Of a stretch of DNA of 64,000 nt, positions 1 to 8,375 are shown in pieces (the first letter of the stretch is position 1; every line of letters starts with the position of its first letter). Both the position numbers and the translations under genes were made by a program. The stretch is from contig BOKX01000001.1 in NCBI GenBank assembly GCA_016861205.1, positions 1,076,589 to 1,140,588 of the forward strand, read 5' to 3'. Source of the stretch: Patescibacteria group bacterium. Lineage in GTDB: Bacteria > Patescibacteriota > Microgenomatia > UBA1400 > PJMF01. The notes beneath the pieces are model-generated. The model had not been told where the DNA came from. It ran no database searches and saw only the letters and a list, made by a program, of their open reading frames with translations.

Positions 1-762
1 GCCTTTTTGAGCGTAGGGTTCAGCCTGTAACCAGTCTATGAATGCGTTGTACGCTGCTTGTTCACGGTTGGTAGGGAACCGTTGTTTTTCTTGAAAGTGC
101 AATGCTGGCTCGATGCAGAGTACGGCCGGTGACTTTAGGTAGCCTAAACTTGTCAAAAGTTCAGACCAGAAGGCGGTGTACATGAGCATCACAGGGGCTG
201 CGGCCAGATCCGTGAAAGCGGGAGCCCCAATTGCTTGGGCCAAAACTTGAACTTGGTCTCTCAAGGCAACTTCAATATCAGATGTTAGCACCATCTGGAT
301 ATCTAGTACGCCAATGCGGCGAGCTAATCGTTCTAAAAGTTTCTGCACTTGTTTGGCTTGCTGGGTGAACCTGGGGGTATCAAGACCGGTCAGCTGTGCA
401 AACAACGAGTCTTCGCTGACAAACAGAACACGACTGTCTTGGACGAAACCGACGGTTTCAAAAAGTTGGTCAAGTCTGACCAGTTCGCTGGCTTTTTGCC
501 AATTTTGGGCCGGCGATTTAAGGTCACCAGTGAAGAGCTGGCAAACGCCACCGATGATGGTCTCCCAGCGGTTACCCAAACAGGCGCGCTCGATAGTTTG
601 GGCGGCCGGCCAGAGTGACTGAGCTTGTTTCTCGGCAAGTGGTTTGGCAGATGGGGCATATGCCCACCGGGTACTATCGATAGCTGCCAAACGGCTGGGG
701 TCAAGTCGAGCGGCCCTGATTTTGCTGAGTTGATCGTAATTGTAAAGTTGTTCGTTTTTCAT
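1..762 (-). CDS. Unknown protein under His-attenuator control (>=254 aa, runs off the left edge)
   Basis: Open frame from ATG at 762 (MKNEQLYNYDQLSKIRAARL...) with no stop to position 1; AGGA upstream of the ATG; absent from the ORF track because it is truncated. Confidence 0.85.
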   Translation of the reverse strand, partial: MKNEQLYNYDQLSKIRAARLDPSRLAAIDSTRWAYAPSAKPLAEKQAQSLWPAAQTIERACLGNRWETIIGGVCQLFTGDLKSPAQNWQKASELVRLDQLFETVGFVQDSRVLFVSEDSLFAQLTGLDTPRFTQQAKQVQKLLERLARRIGVLDIQMVLTSDIEVALRDQVQVLAQAIGAPAFTDLAAAPVMLMYTAFWSELLTSLGYLKSPAVLCIEPALHFQEKQRFPTNREQAAYNAFIDWLQAEPYAQKG

Positions 763-804
763 AAAATTTCCTAAAAAAGTTGTTGATAATTGAGTGAGGG
801 GCAC

Positions 805-828
805 AAAAAAGCCCCGCCGGAGCGGGGC
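805..828 (-). terminator. Attenuator terminator (3:4 hairpin)
   Basis: Minus strand GCCCCGC-TCCG-GCGGGGC-TTTTTT between the leader ORF and the gene start. Confidence 0.9.
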
Positions 829-851
829 AAACAGGCGTCAAAGTAACAACG

Positions 852-917
852 CTAAATCACCCCGCAAGTTGCGTGGTGATGATGAAGAGCCAATGTTTGA
901 CGAATGAGCGTAACCAT
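852..917 (-). CDS. His leader peptide MVTLIRQTLALHHHHATCGVI (21 aa)
   Basis: ATG 917 to TAG 852; CAT CAT CAC CAC run overlaps hairpin 856-880; terminator follows. Confidence 0.88.
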   Translation of the reverse strand: MVTLIRQTLALHHHHATCGVI

Positions 918-923
918 ACCAGC

Positions 924-951
924 ATTATAATGCTGAAATAATGAATGTCAA
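924..951 (-). promoter_or_regulatory. Sigma70 promoter TTGACA-N16-TATAAT
   Basis: Perfect -35 (951-946) and -10 (929-924); predicted start site coincides with the leader ATG at 917. Confidence 0.8.
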
Positions 952-972
952 CATGTTAGCACGATAACATGT
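951..972. promoter_or_regulatory. Palindromic operator ACATGTTA-N6-TAACATGT (candidate HisR/TrpR-like site)
   Basis: Perfect 8-6-8 inverted repeat abutting the -35 box, next to a TrpR-like gene. Confidence 0.6.
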
Positions 973-976
973 GTTA

Positions 977-1291
977 TTATCTGGTAGTGGGCGCGCCGTA
1001 GAGTTTTTTAAGAACCAACCTGTAGCCGCCCTGATTCTCTTTGAACAACCACTGTGCCACTCTGGTAACGGTAGTAGTGCTGGTGTCAGCTTGGCGGGCA
1101 ATTTCAAGGTACGGGAGAGATGTTGTCCAAAGCAGTCGGGCGATAAAGAATCGTTTTGAAAACTCAGCAATTTCAGCTGGTGTTAGCAAATCACGCAGAA
1201 AGTGTTGCACATCTGTTTCAGTTGGCAGAAGATGAAAAGCTTTTATGAGCTGTTTGGCATCTTTATCAGGGTAGGAGGTGTAGTTATTCAT
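977..1291 (-). CDS. TrpR-like YerC/YecD (HisR-type) repressor
   Basis: FLRDLLTPAEI...R...A..L....Y..IA.....STTTVTRVA.WL....GGY family signature. Confidence 0.9.
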   Translation of the reverse strand: MNNYTSYPDKDAKQLIKAFHLLPTETDVQHFLRDLLTPAEIAEFSKRFFIARLLWTTSLPYLEIARQADTSTTTVTRVAQWLFKENQGGYRLVLKKLYGAPTTR

Positions 1292-1402
1292 GGTAAATGG
1301 TGCTTTTTTTACTTTAAAGCTTAGTCAGATTATACCGTACCTTACATACTTTACGGTTGTGATCATTTACAAATCGAGGTGCCAGGATCTAGAGTAGAGG
1401 TC

Positions 1403-2350
1403 ATGATTGAAACCGGACTTACTCCTGAAAACCAAGTTGTTTTGACGCGTGTTGCAGCTCAGATTGAAGAAGCCGCTCAACAAGCTTTGGATAGCAGTTT
1501 GACGCTAGAGCAGTTGATGGAAATTAAAAAAAAGCTGGATGCTATAAACGAAAAAATTACCGAATATGAATCTCTAGATGAGAAGAGTGTTTACCAGCTG
1601 CGAGTGTTTCGACTTAAGGTGGAAACCCAAGTCATTCGTTTACTTTTGGACAAAGCGCAGGCGAGACCATTTACCTCGTATACGCGAGATGAACAAATCG
1701 GCCTCTTAAACACGGCTGCCGAGCTAGATCAGCAGCCACAGATTCAGTATCAGACCGAGTATGTTGGATTTGGGTCAACTTTTCGGCCAATAGAGGGAAC
1801 CCCAAGGCACCGTGCGCGACAACTAAAAGAAGCTCTGCACCGTCAACCCAGACCTGTCACTGCCGATGAACTGCAGTTGCTCAAAACAGATCAGCAAAAA
1901 GTTCTCAAGGTCCACGCCCAGTTTCCCGTGGAGTTTGCCTTAGAGTTCCAGCGATTGATCGTGGAAGGGAAAGCCGCTGCCCAGCAGCTGTTTCAGCAAG
2001 GCAAAACTGGCCAGGAGGGGTTTGCCCAGGTGCCTTTGAATGTGATCTGGAGTTGGAAGATAAGTTTAGAGCCTAACACGACCAGTCCTCGGTTGGTCAT
2101 GTACCTGAATCCTGAACCAAGTATTGCCGCTGAAACCGCGCTATCAGCTGTTGCAGCCGATCTGAAGGCCAAGTGTCAGCATCTGGAGATTCCTGCTCCA
2201 GTTAACACACTCCCATATGACAAAGTTGAGCCAGATGCACCATGGTTATCCACCGCGCAAGGCGATCGGGACTTGAAAAATGCTTTGGCTCAGGTTGGGC
2301 AACTTGATGACTTGTTCGATGCCAGCACTGGCTACAGTCGGGTGAAGTAG
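1403..2350 (+). CDS. Hypothetical protein
   Basis: Long ORF with a helical N-terminus; GAGG before ATG 1403; no motif recognised. Confidence 0.7.
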   Translation: MIETGLTPENQVVLTRVAAQIEEAAQQALDSSLTLEQLMEIKKKLDAINEKITEYESLDEKSVYQLRVFRLKVETQVIRLLLDKAQARPFTSYTRDEQIGLLNTAAELDQQPQIQYQTEYVGFGSTFRPIEGTPRHRARQLKEALHRQPRPVTADELQLLKTDQQKVLKVHAQFPVEFALEFQRLIVEGKAAAQQLFQQGKTGQEGFAQVPLNVIWSWKISLEPNTTSPRLVMYLNPEPSIAAETALSAVAADLKAKCQHLEIPAPVNTLPYDKVEPDAPWLSTAQGDRDLKNALAQVGQLDDLFDASTGYSRVK

Positions 2351-2402
2351 TAACTATTTCCTGCAAAGCTTTCCGCACCTCACGAACTGGGGAAGTAGTC
2401 GA

Positions 2403-2533
2403 ATCTGAACAAACTGTCTTTTTGAACGCCTCACAAAGTGCGAAATGAGCAAAACCAAAGTGGAAGTGCCTACATCTGAACAAACTGTCTTTTTGAACGC
2501 CTCACGAAGTGCGAAGTGAAAAAAGACAGTTTG
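2403..2533. repeat. About 46-bp direct repeat (2403-2448, 2474-2519); the second copy is closed by a 14-bp inverted repeat
   Basis: ATCTGAACAAACTGTCTTTTTGAACGCCTCAC(A/G)AAGTGCGAA occurs twice; CAAACTGTCTTTTT 2481-2494 pairs with AAAAAGACAGTTTG 2520-2533. Confidence 0.85.
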
Positions 2534-2540
2534 TGAAGAG

Positions 2541-2613
2541 TGGACCCGATCGGACTCGAACCGACTACCTTTGCAATGCGAATGCAACGCTCTACCAGGT
2601 GAGCTACGGGCCC
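2541..2613 (-). tRNA. tRNA-Ala(CGC)
   Basis: GGGCCCGTAGCTCACCTGGTAGAGCG TTGCA-TTCGCAT-TGCAA ... GGTTCGAGTCC; CCA not encoded. Confidence 0.95.
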
Positions 2614-2649
2614 AAACAGACAGTTTGGACTGTCGAACAGACAAGGGGA

Positions 2650-3162
2650 TTATAACAAACGTAGCCGCATTTCGATCTCATCGAAATACTGACCTTGCCA
2701 CTTCACACTCTGTGGCCGGGTACCACACTGCTCAAAACCGTACTTTAGATATAACTCTAATGCTGGCTGGTTGCCACTAATGACGGTTAAGTAGACTTGT
2801 TCGATACCAGCTTTCTTTAGTTCAGCTGTGATGTGGTCGAGCAGTTCCTTGGCTCGGCCCTGATGACGCGCGTTTGGCGTCACATACAAACTAAACAATG
2901 AAACAATGTGCAGCTGTTTTGGCAGGTAGGACGAGGTAATTCGACAAAAAGCTACCAACTGATCCTCGTCGTCAAACATGCCCCAAAATCCAAAATGTGG
3001 TGGGGCATAGACGGCGTCCAGTTCTTGGCTGAAACTGTCTTCATGACGACTGCTTTCGTTATCAAAAGTTGCTAAAAACGCTTCAGGATTTTCCTGCAAA
3101 GCTTCAAGTCTCAGTTTCTGAAATTGTGAACCGTCTTGTGCCGTGAGCAACCTGATGTGCAT
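2650..3162 (-). CDS. GNAT family N-acetyltransferase
   Basis: LYVTPNARHQGRAKELL motif A; N.PA..LY.K.GF motif B. Confidence 0.92.
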   Translation of the reverse strand: MHIRLLTAQDGSQFQKLRLEALQENPEAFLATFDNESSRHEDSFSQELDAVYAPPHFGFWGMFDDEDQLVAFCRITSSYLPKQLHIVSLFSLYVTPNARHQGRAKELLDHITAELKKAGIEQVYLTVISGNQPALELYLKYGFEQCGTRPQSVKWQGQYFDEIEMRLRLL

Positions 3163-3172
3163 ACGATTGTTG

Positions 3173-4312
3173 CTAACGTACCACGTCAGCAGTCAGATTC
3201 ACAACCCCGGTTTCCGTGAGCGCGAGCGTGTTTTCGTAGCGATAACCAAAGTCATGTTCAAAATAAACCCCAGGTTCGAGAGTAATCACAAGATTGAGCC
3301 GCAGTGGATCGTGGTTGGTAAAGTAAACAGACGGTGGCTCGTGAATGTCTAGGCCCACGCCGTGTCCAGTGGTGTGAATAAAGACTTTGTCAAACCCGGC
3401 CTCACGCAGGTAGGTGCGAACGATGGTATCGAGTTCGCCAACCGATGGGCCCGTTTTTTGTGTGGCCAACTTTGGTAACTGAGCTTGCAGCCACTCAAAA
3501 CCACGGGCATAGGCAGTATCAACGGCAGCTTTAGCGGCCGAGAATTCTGGACTGGGCTGTTTGCCATACCACATCGTTCTGGTCATATCACTGCGATAGC
3601 GTTGCCATGTCGCGCCAAAATCGATTAAGATTGGCATCTCTTTCTCAAGCGGTGTCTGATCAGGTTGGTGGTGGGGTAGGGCTGCATGGGCGCCAAAGGC
3701 GACAATTGTGGGAAACGCTACTCGTTCTGAACCCACTTTCTTCAACTCATTCTCTAGTCGCTCAGCCAACTCCAGCTCGGTTAAACCTGGTTTTAGCCAA
3801 CCTGGGACTTGAGACCAGACTTGGGCAGCTTGACGGCCAGCTACTTCAAGACACTTTAGTTCATACTCGTCTTTCATTTGCCGTACCTGCCAAAACCAAC
3901 TCGGATCAACTTCTGACCAGGTCAGGTCAGCTTGAGTCTCAGCCCGTAACTGACGAGCCTCGGTTACAGTGATGGATTGACCATCCAGCAAAACCTCGGT
4001 AATGCCAACTTGTTGATGCCATGTTGCAAGAGTTTGGGCTAGTACCTTCAGGTGTGTGCCAGCGATCACGGCTAGATCATGATCATGTGCGGCTGGTGCA
4101 AAGTCAGTAAAGCTAGCCCGATGCAGCTGGGCGGCGTGAGGAGCAATTAAGAGCCATGCTTCACGTTCTTCAGGCACCAAAAAAGGAAAGCCAGTGAAGT
4201 AGTGCAGATGGTTGGGTTGGGCAAGTAACACAACCTGATTTGGTTGGAGCTGACGAGCCAGTTCAGCTCGACGAGCAGCGAACAGGGGAGATTGATGAAC
4301 GTCGTTCGACAT
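3173..4312 (-). CDS. Xaa-Pro peptidase (M24 family)
   Basis: PHH, IDFGA, SDMTRT, HTTGHGVGLDIHE, TLEPG, RYEN metal ligands. Confidence 0.93.
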   Translation of the reverse strand: MSNDVHQSPLFAARRAELARQLQPNQVVLLAQPNHLHYFTGFPFLVPEEREAWLLIAPHAAQLHRASFTDFAPAAHDHDLAVIAGTHLKVLAQTLATWHQQVGITEVLLDGQSITVTEARQLRAETQADLTWSEVDPSWFWQVRQMKDEYELKCLEVAGRQAAQVWSQVPGWLKPGLTELELAERLENELKKVGSERVAFPTIVAFGAHAALPHHQPDQTPLEKEMPILIDFGATWQRYRSDMTRTMWYGKQPSPEFSAAKAAVDTAYARGFEWLQAQLPKLATQKTGPSVGELDTIVRTYLREAGFDKVFIHTTGHGVGLDIHEPPSVYFTNHDPLRLNLVITLEPGVYFEHDFGYRYENTLALTETGVVNLTADVVR

Positions 4313-5098
4313 CTATGGGGTGGCGGCGGTGCCTAGTAGTTGGACCAACGTCGCCGTCGTCACATTTGCATCGTTGGTGGTGCCGATGACTAACACAGAC
4401 ATACTGGTGGTGATATCTTTGAGGGCTACTTTATTGCCGGTTGAGTCTTGATACACGGTATTTTTGCCAAGGGTGTAAGTACGGGCTTCACCACCGGCTC
4501 GAGGAGAAACAACGACCTGGGTTTTGGTGACTGATTCAACATTGCCGAGAGTGATAACCCGAGGCACAGGTCGCAGTGATGTGCTGACGATAACTAAATG
4601 TTCAGGTACAAAGTCATCTTCTGGTTCTGAGCCAATGGCCACAATCCAGTCGCCAACAGCGACATCATCAACAGAGATTGGTTTTTTGCCTTTGACCATC
4701 GAAACGTCTTTGTTCAGCGGCAAGATGACGGTGGTCCGACTGGTTTTGACAGTGATGGTTTCGGCTGATACTCTGGTCACTTCGCCAACAATACCGCGAC
4801 GGCGGGTGCGTAATTGATCCAAAGCTCCTTTGACTTGCTCGCGTTTTTCTTCGACGATTCGCTCAATGCGCTCTTTAAGTTTCTGAGTGGTGACTTCGGC
4901 ACTTGGGCTGCTGATTGGTGATGACGCAGCTTGTGGCGTGGTTCTCGGTGAAGCTTTGGGCGTTGATGAAGGTGAGGGTGAAGGAGTGGGACTGGCTGCT
5001 AAAGCCAGTGTGGGGTAGATCAAACTCACCAGCACACTCAAAAACAAACCACCCAGCAGCTGGGAAAGTTTTGAAGGTGATGAGGTGATGTGTGACAT
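4313..5098 (-). CDS. Secreted/membrane protein with an S/P/T linker and two OB-like beta-barrel repeats (DUF5666-like)
   Basis: N-terminal hydrophobic segment, PS-rich linker, coiled segment, repeated G.V..V....I.V pattern; start moved to ATG 5098. Confidence 0.65.
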   Translation of the reverse strand: MSHITSSPSKLSQLLGGLFLSVLVSLIYPTLALAASPTPSPSPSSTPKASPRTTPQAASSPISSPSAEVTTQKLKERIERIVEEKREQVKGALDQLRTRRRGIVGEVTRVSAETITVKTSRTTVILPLNKDVSMVKGKKPISVDDVAVGDWIVAIGSEPEDDFVPEHLVIVSTSLRPVPRVITLGNVESVTKTQVVVSPRAGGEARTYTLGKNTVYQDSTGNKVALKDITTSMSVLVIGTTNDANVTTATLVQLLGTAATP

Positions 5099-5105
5099 AT
5101 GAGTT

Positions 5106-5645
5106 TTAGTTTGTTTTAGGACTGACTGTTGGTTTCGGGCTAACAGTAGTTTTGGGACTGGTGCTGGGTTTTGCGCTGCCCGCTGGTGAAGCGGCAGTTT
5201 TTGCCGAACTACTGCTGTCATCAATCGACAAAAATTCGTTAACTGCCAACACGACTGATCGCTCAACTGTTGTGGTTTGGCCGCTTGGATCAATTGAAGT
5301 TATCACAATAATGCTCCCACCAGGTGGCAAAGTGACAGTGGTGGAGAAGTGGCCACCATTGTCAGCGGTGGTGGTGATGTCCTGGGTGCCCAAGCTGATC
5401 ACAACTGTGGAGTCCGGAATGGTGGTACCAGCTACGGTGAGCTCACTTTCTGAAACCAACGACTCATCTTCCGGGCTGGAGATCACCAACGTGCTTGACG
5501 CAGTCACTGGACTGGCCATTGGGGTGGGCGTCGCGGCCATGTTAGAGTCGGAACTGAGCGAGTTGCTCGCCACGTAAATGCCGTAGGTCATGATGAGACC
5601 CAGCGTCACGCCGATTAGGATTGCTAAAATGACTTCCTTGCGCAT
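5106..5645 (-). CDS. Membrane-anchored Ig-like domain protein
   Basis: MRKEVILAILIG TM anchor; L.ISSPEDES...V.G.T.P...A.NGG.FS..V.L..G...I.ITS.D..G Ig-like pattern. Confidence 0.75.
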   Translation of the reverse strand: MRKEVILAILIGVTLGLIMTYGIYVASNSLSSDSNMAATPTPMASPVTASSTLVISSPEDESLVSESELTVAGTTIPDSTVVISLGTQDITTTADNGGHFSTTVTLPPGGSIIVITSIDPSGQTTTVERSVVLAVNEFLSIDDSSSSAKTAASPAGSAKPSTSPKTTVSPKPTVSPKTN

Positions 5646-5855
5646 ACGTTCAGGAAACATCATTATAAATGAGATAGTTTGATTAGAAAACCCGCGCTTC
5701 AATCTGGAGTGCTTCTTGCAGAGTGCCTTCAGCTGCTGAGAAGGCATCTTCATGCACTCTGCAAAACGCATTTGATGAAAGTATGCTGCTGAAAGCGTGA
5801 ACTTGTTCTTCTGGAGTTGTTTTGGTATTCTCTAGCCAGAAAGTTCGAGGTGGAT

Positions 5856-6521
5856 ATGGATATCACATACTTGGGTCACTCCTGTTTCAAACTGCGGGGC
5901 ACCGATGGCACGGTGGTCATGGACCCGTACACCGACATGGTGGGTTTCTCACTGCCGACCGTCAGTGCTGATGTGGTAACTGTTTCCCATCAACACGCTG
6001 ACCACAATAACGTGGCCGTCGTGGGGGGAACAGCTCGTCGCGATAAGCCATTTGTAATTACTGAGCCAGGTGAGTATGAAGTGGGCGGAATTTCTGTTTT
6101 CGGCGTGCCGAGTTTTCACGATGAACATCAAGGTGTTGAACGAGGTTCCAACACCATGTTCACTGTCTTGTTGGATGGCGTTCGGATTTGTCACTTAGGT
6201 GACTTAGGTCACGAATTGAGTCCCGAGCAGCTGGAAGCTATTGGCGAGATAGACGTGTTGTTATGTCCAGTAGGTGGTAACTTTACCGTTGACCCAGTTA
6301 CGGCAATCAAAGTGATTCAAGCCCTCGAACCACGAATTCTAGTGCCTATGCATTATCGAACCGAGCTGCACAAGCCGGAAGTTTTTGGTGATGTCAAAAC
6401 CTTGACGGAGTTCATTAACGAGTACGGTAGCAATCCTGCCCCGGTTGAAAAACTAACTTTGGAGGCACATAAGTTGCCAGAAGAAACTGAGTTAGTGATC
6501 ATTCAGCCGCAGATCAAGTAA
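5856..6521 (+). CDS. MBL-fold metallohydrolase
   Basis: ITYLGHSCF, SHQHADHN, HLGDLGH, PMHY; GAGGTG before ATG 5856. Confidence 0.92.
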   Translation: MDITYLGHSCFKLRGTDGTVVMDPYTDMVGFSLPTVSADVVTVSHQHADHNNVAVVGGTARRDKPFVITEPGEYEVGGISVFGVPSFHDEHQGVERGSNTMFTVLLDGVRICHLGDLGHELSPEQLEAIGEIDVLLCPVGGNFTVDPVTAIKVIQALEPRILVPMHYRTELHKPEVFGDVKTLTEFINEYGSNPAPVEKLTLEAHKLPEETELVIIQPQIK

Positions 6522-6530
6522 GGAATCTAC

Positions 6531-7841
6531 ATGCCATCGCGATTGCCACCACATGATAGTACGGTGGAAGCCTCTGTTTTAGGGTCGATCATGATTGACC
6601 CCGAAGCCATCATTAAGGTGGCTGATATTTTGCGCCCCGAGAGTTTTTACGATCCGCAACATCAGGCAATTTACGAAGCCATGCAGTCGCTGTTTGAAAA
6701 GCGACAGCCAATTGATGTGGTGACGTTAACTGCCCAGCTAAAGAAACTCAAAAAACTCGAAGCAGCCGGCGGCGCTTCAAAATTAACTGAACTAGCCAGC
6801 TTAATGGCCACTTCAGCCAATGTTTTAGATTACGCCAAAACCGTCAGTGAGATGGCTACCAAACGGTTTGTGATCAGTATGGCCGGTGATGTGAGTACCA
6901 TGGCTTTTGATGATTCTCAAGAAGCCCAGAATGTTTTGAGCGAGTTGGAGCAACGCGTGTTTGCGCTGTCACAGCGCAGTACAGCTAAAGCGTTTTTGCC
7001 GATTAAGGACACGCTAGCTGAGAGTTTTGAACGACTCGATGAACTGCAGCGCTTGGGTAGTGACATCCGCGGTTTGCCAACAGGTTTTCAGGATTTGGAC
7101 AAAATCTTGGCTGGCATGCAGAAGTCAAACTTGATTATCTTGGCTGCCCGGCCAGGTATGGGTAAAACTGCCTTTGCTTTAAACATCGCTCAACATGTGG
7201 CTGTGACTGCCCGCAAAAAAATTGGCGTGTTTTCGTTGGAAATGAGTCGGGAAGAGTTGGTGGATCGTTTGCTGGTCGGGCAGGCTGATATCGACGCTTG
7301 GCGGTTGAAAACTGGCCGTCTGGATCAACAAGATTTCCTCAAACTTTCAGACGCCATGGGTGTACTGGCTGATGCGCAAATTTTTATTGACGATACCCCC
7401 GGTATGTCGATCTTTGAGATGCGCACAAAAGCCCGCCGGCTGATGATTGAACACCACATTGACATGCTGATCGTCGACTACCTGCAGCTGGCACAAGGTC
7501 GGACCAAAGACAATCGCGTGCAAGAAGTGGCTGAAATTTCGCAGGGTCTGAAGAATATCGCTCGTGAACTGAAAGTCCCAGTTTTGGCTTTGTCACAGCT
7601 GTCTCGTGCCGTCGAGAGTCGGGGAGAGCGCATTCCGCAGTTATCTGACTTGCGCGAATCAGGCTCCATCGAGCAGGATGCCGACGTAGTTTTGTTCCTG
7701 TATCGCAAAGACGATGACATTCGTGAGGCAGTCAGCTTGAAAATTGCCAAACACCGGAACGGTGCTCTGGGCGACATCGATCTCTACTTCCGTGGAGAAC
7801 GCATTAAGTTTTACGGCATGGAAACCCGCCGCATGGGCTAG
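6531..7841 (+). CDS. dnaB: Replicative DNA helicase
   Basis: PPH..E.SVLG, AARPGMGKTA, FSLEM, VDYLQL, LSQLSR, LRESGSIEQDAD, KHRNG. Confidence 0.98.
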   Translation: MPSRLPPHDSTVEASVLGSIMIDPEAIIKVADILRPESFYDPQHQAIYEAMQSLFEKRQPIDVVTLTAQLKKLKKLEAAGGASKLTELASLMATSANVLDYAKTVSEMATKRFVISMAGDVSTMAFDDSQEAQNVLSELEQRVFALSQRSTAKAFLPIKDTLAESFERLDELQRLGSDIRGLPTGFQDLDKILAGMQKSNLIILAARPGMGKTAFALNIAQHVAVTARKKIGVFSLEMSREELVDRLLVGQADIDAWRLKTGRLDQQDFLKLSDAMGVLADAQIFIDDTPGMSIFEMRTKARRLMIEHHIDMLIVDYLQLAQGRTKDNRVQEVAEISQGLKNIARELKVPVLALSQLSRAVESRGERIPQLSDLRESGSIEQDADVVLFLYRKDDDIREAVSLKIAKHRNGALGDIDLYFRGERIKFYGMETRRMG

Positions 7842-7867
7842 TCAGGTCTGCAGATTTGACAGAGGAT

Positions 7868-8113
7868 CTACGCCTTGGTGTAGCTGAACAACAGGCCAAT
7901 CAGCCCACCGGATACTACCAAGAACATCAGGAAAAAGCCGAGATTAGCTTTGAGGCTGCGCATCGACTGCTCAGGATTGGGCCGATCAGTACTGATGATA
8001 ATCACTAGGGAAATGCCGAGCCAAATCACACCACGCAGCACAATTGACCAGATGCTATCGACAGCAATAGCTTGCTGGACCAGGTTGCGAAACAGCTCCA
8101 TAAATGAGTCCAT
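7868..8113 (-). CDS. Small two-TM membrane protein
   Basis: Two hydrophobic helices in 81 aa. Confidence 0.65.
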   Translation of the reverse strand: MDSFMELFRNLVQQAIAVDSIWSIVLRGVIWLGISLVIIISTDRPNPEQSMRSLKANLGFFLMFLVVSGGLIGLLFSYTKA

Positions 8114-8248
8114 GCTTCAACTTTACGTGAGTCTCATCAAAAATGCAACGCAAGGCAGTTTTTGTGACAAGCAGATGTTTTAAAATTGGCACCAGCCTGA
8201 TATACTTACGGCCTGATCTCGCGAGTTCGCGAGCTCACTTCACCACCT

Positions 8249-8332
8249 GGCGCGGTGGCGGAATTGGTAGACGCGTAGGTCTCAAAAACCTATGAAGGCA
8301 ACTTCGTGAGGGTTCGATTCCCTCCCGCGCCA
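8249..8332 (+). tRNA. tRNA-Leu(CAA)
   Basis: GGCGCGG...TAGGT-CTCAAAA-ACCTA, long variable arm, GGTTCGATTCC. Confidence 0.95.
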
Positions 8333-8375
8333 CTTTCCTGCCCGGAAAGTTACAAGTTCTTAACAAAGGAGCTGT

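Noticed and set aside
314-704. ORF-track calls 314-622, 349-618 and 390-704
   Set aside because: Shadows of the longer minus-strand ORF 762 to <1
2403-2519. Possible CRISPR array
   Set aside because: Only two units of about 46 bp with a 25-bp gap, and no cas genes
2202-2780. ORFs 2202-2483, 2354-2644 and 2571-2780
   Set aside because: They overlap the tRNA and the repeat; their repeated peptide merely reflects the DNA repeat
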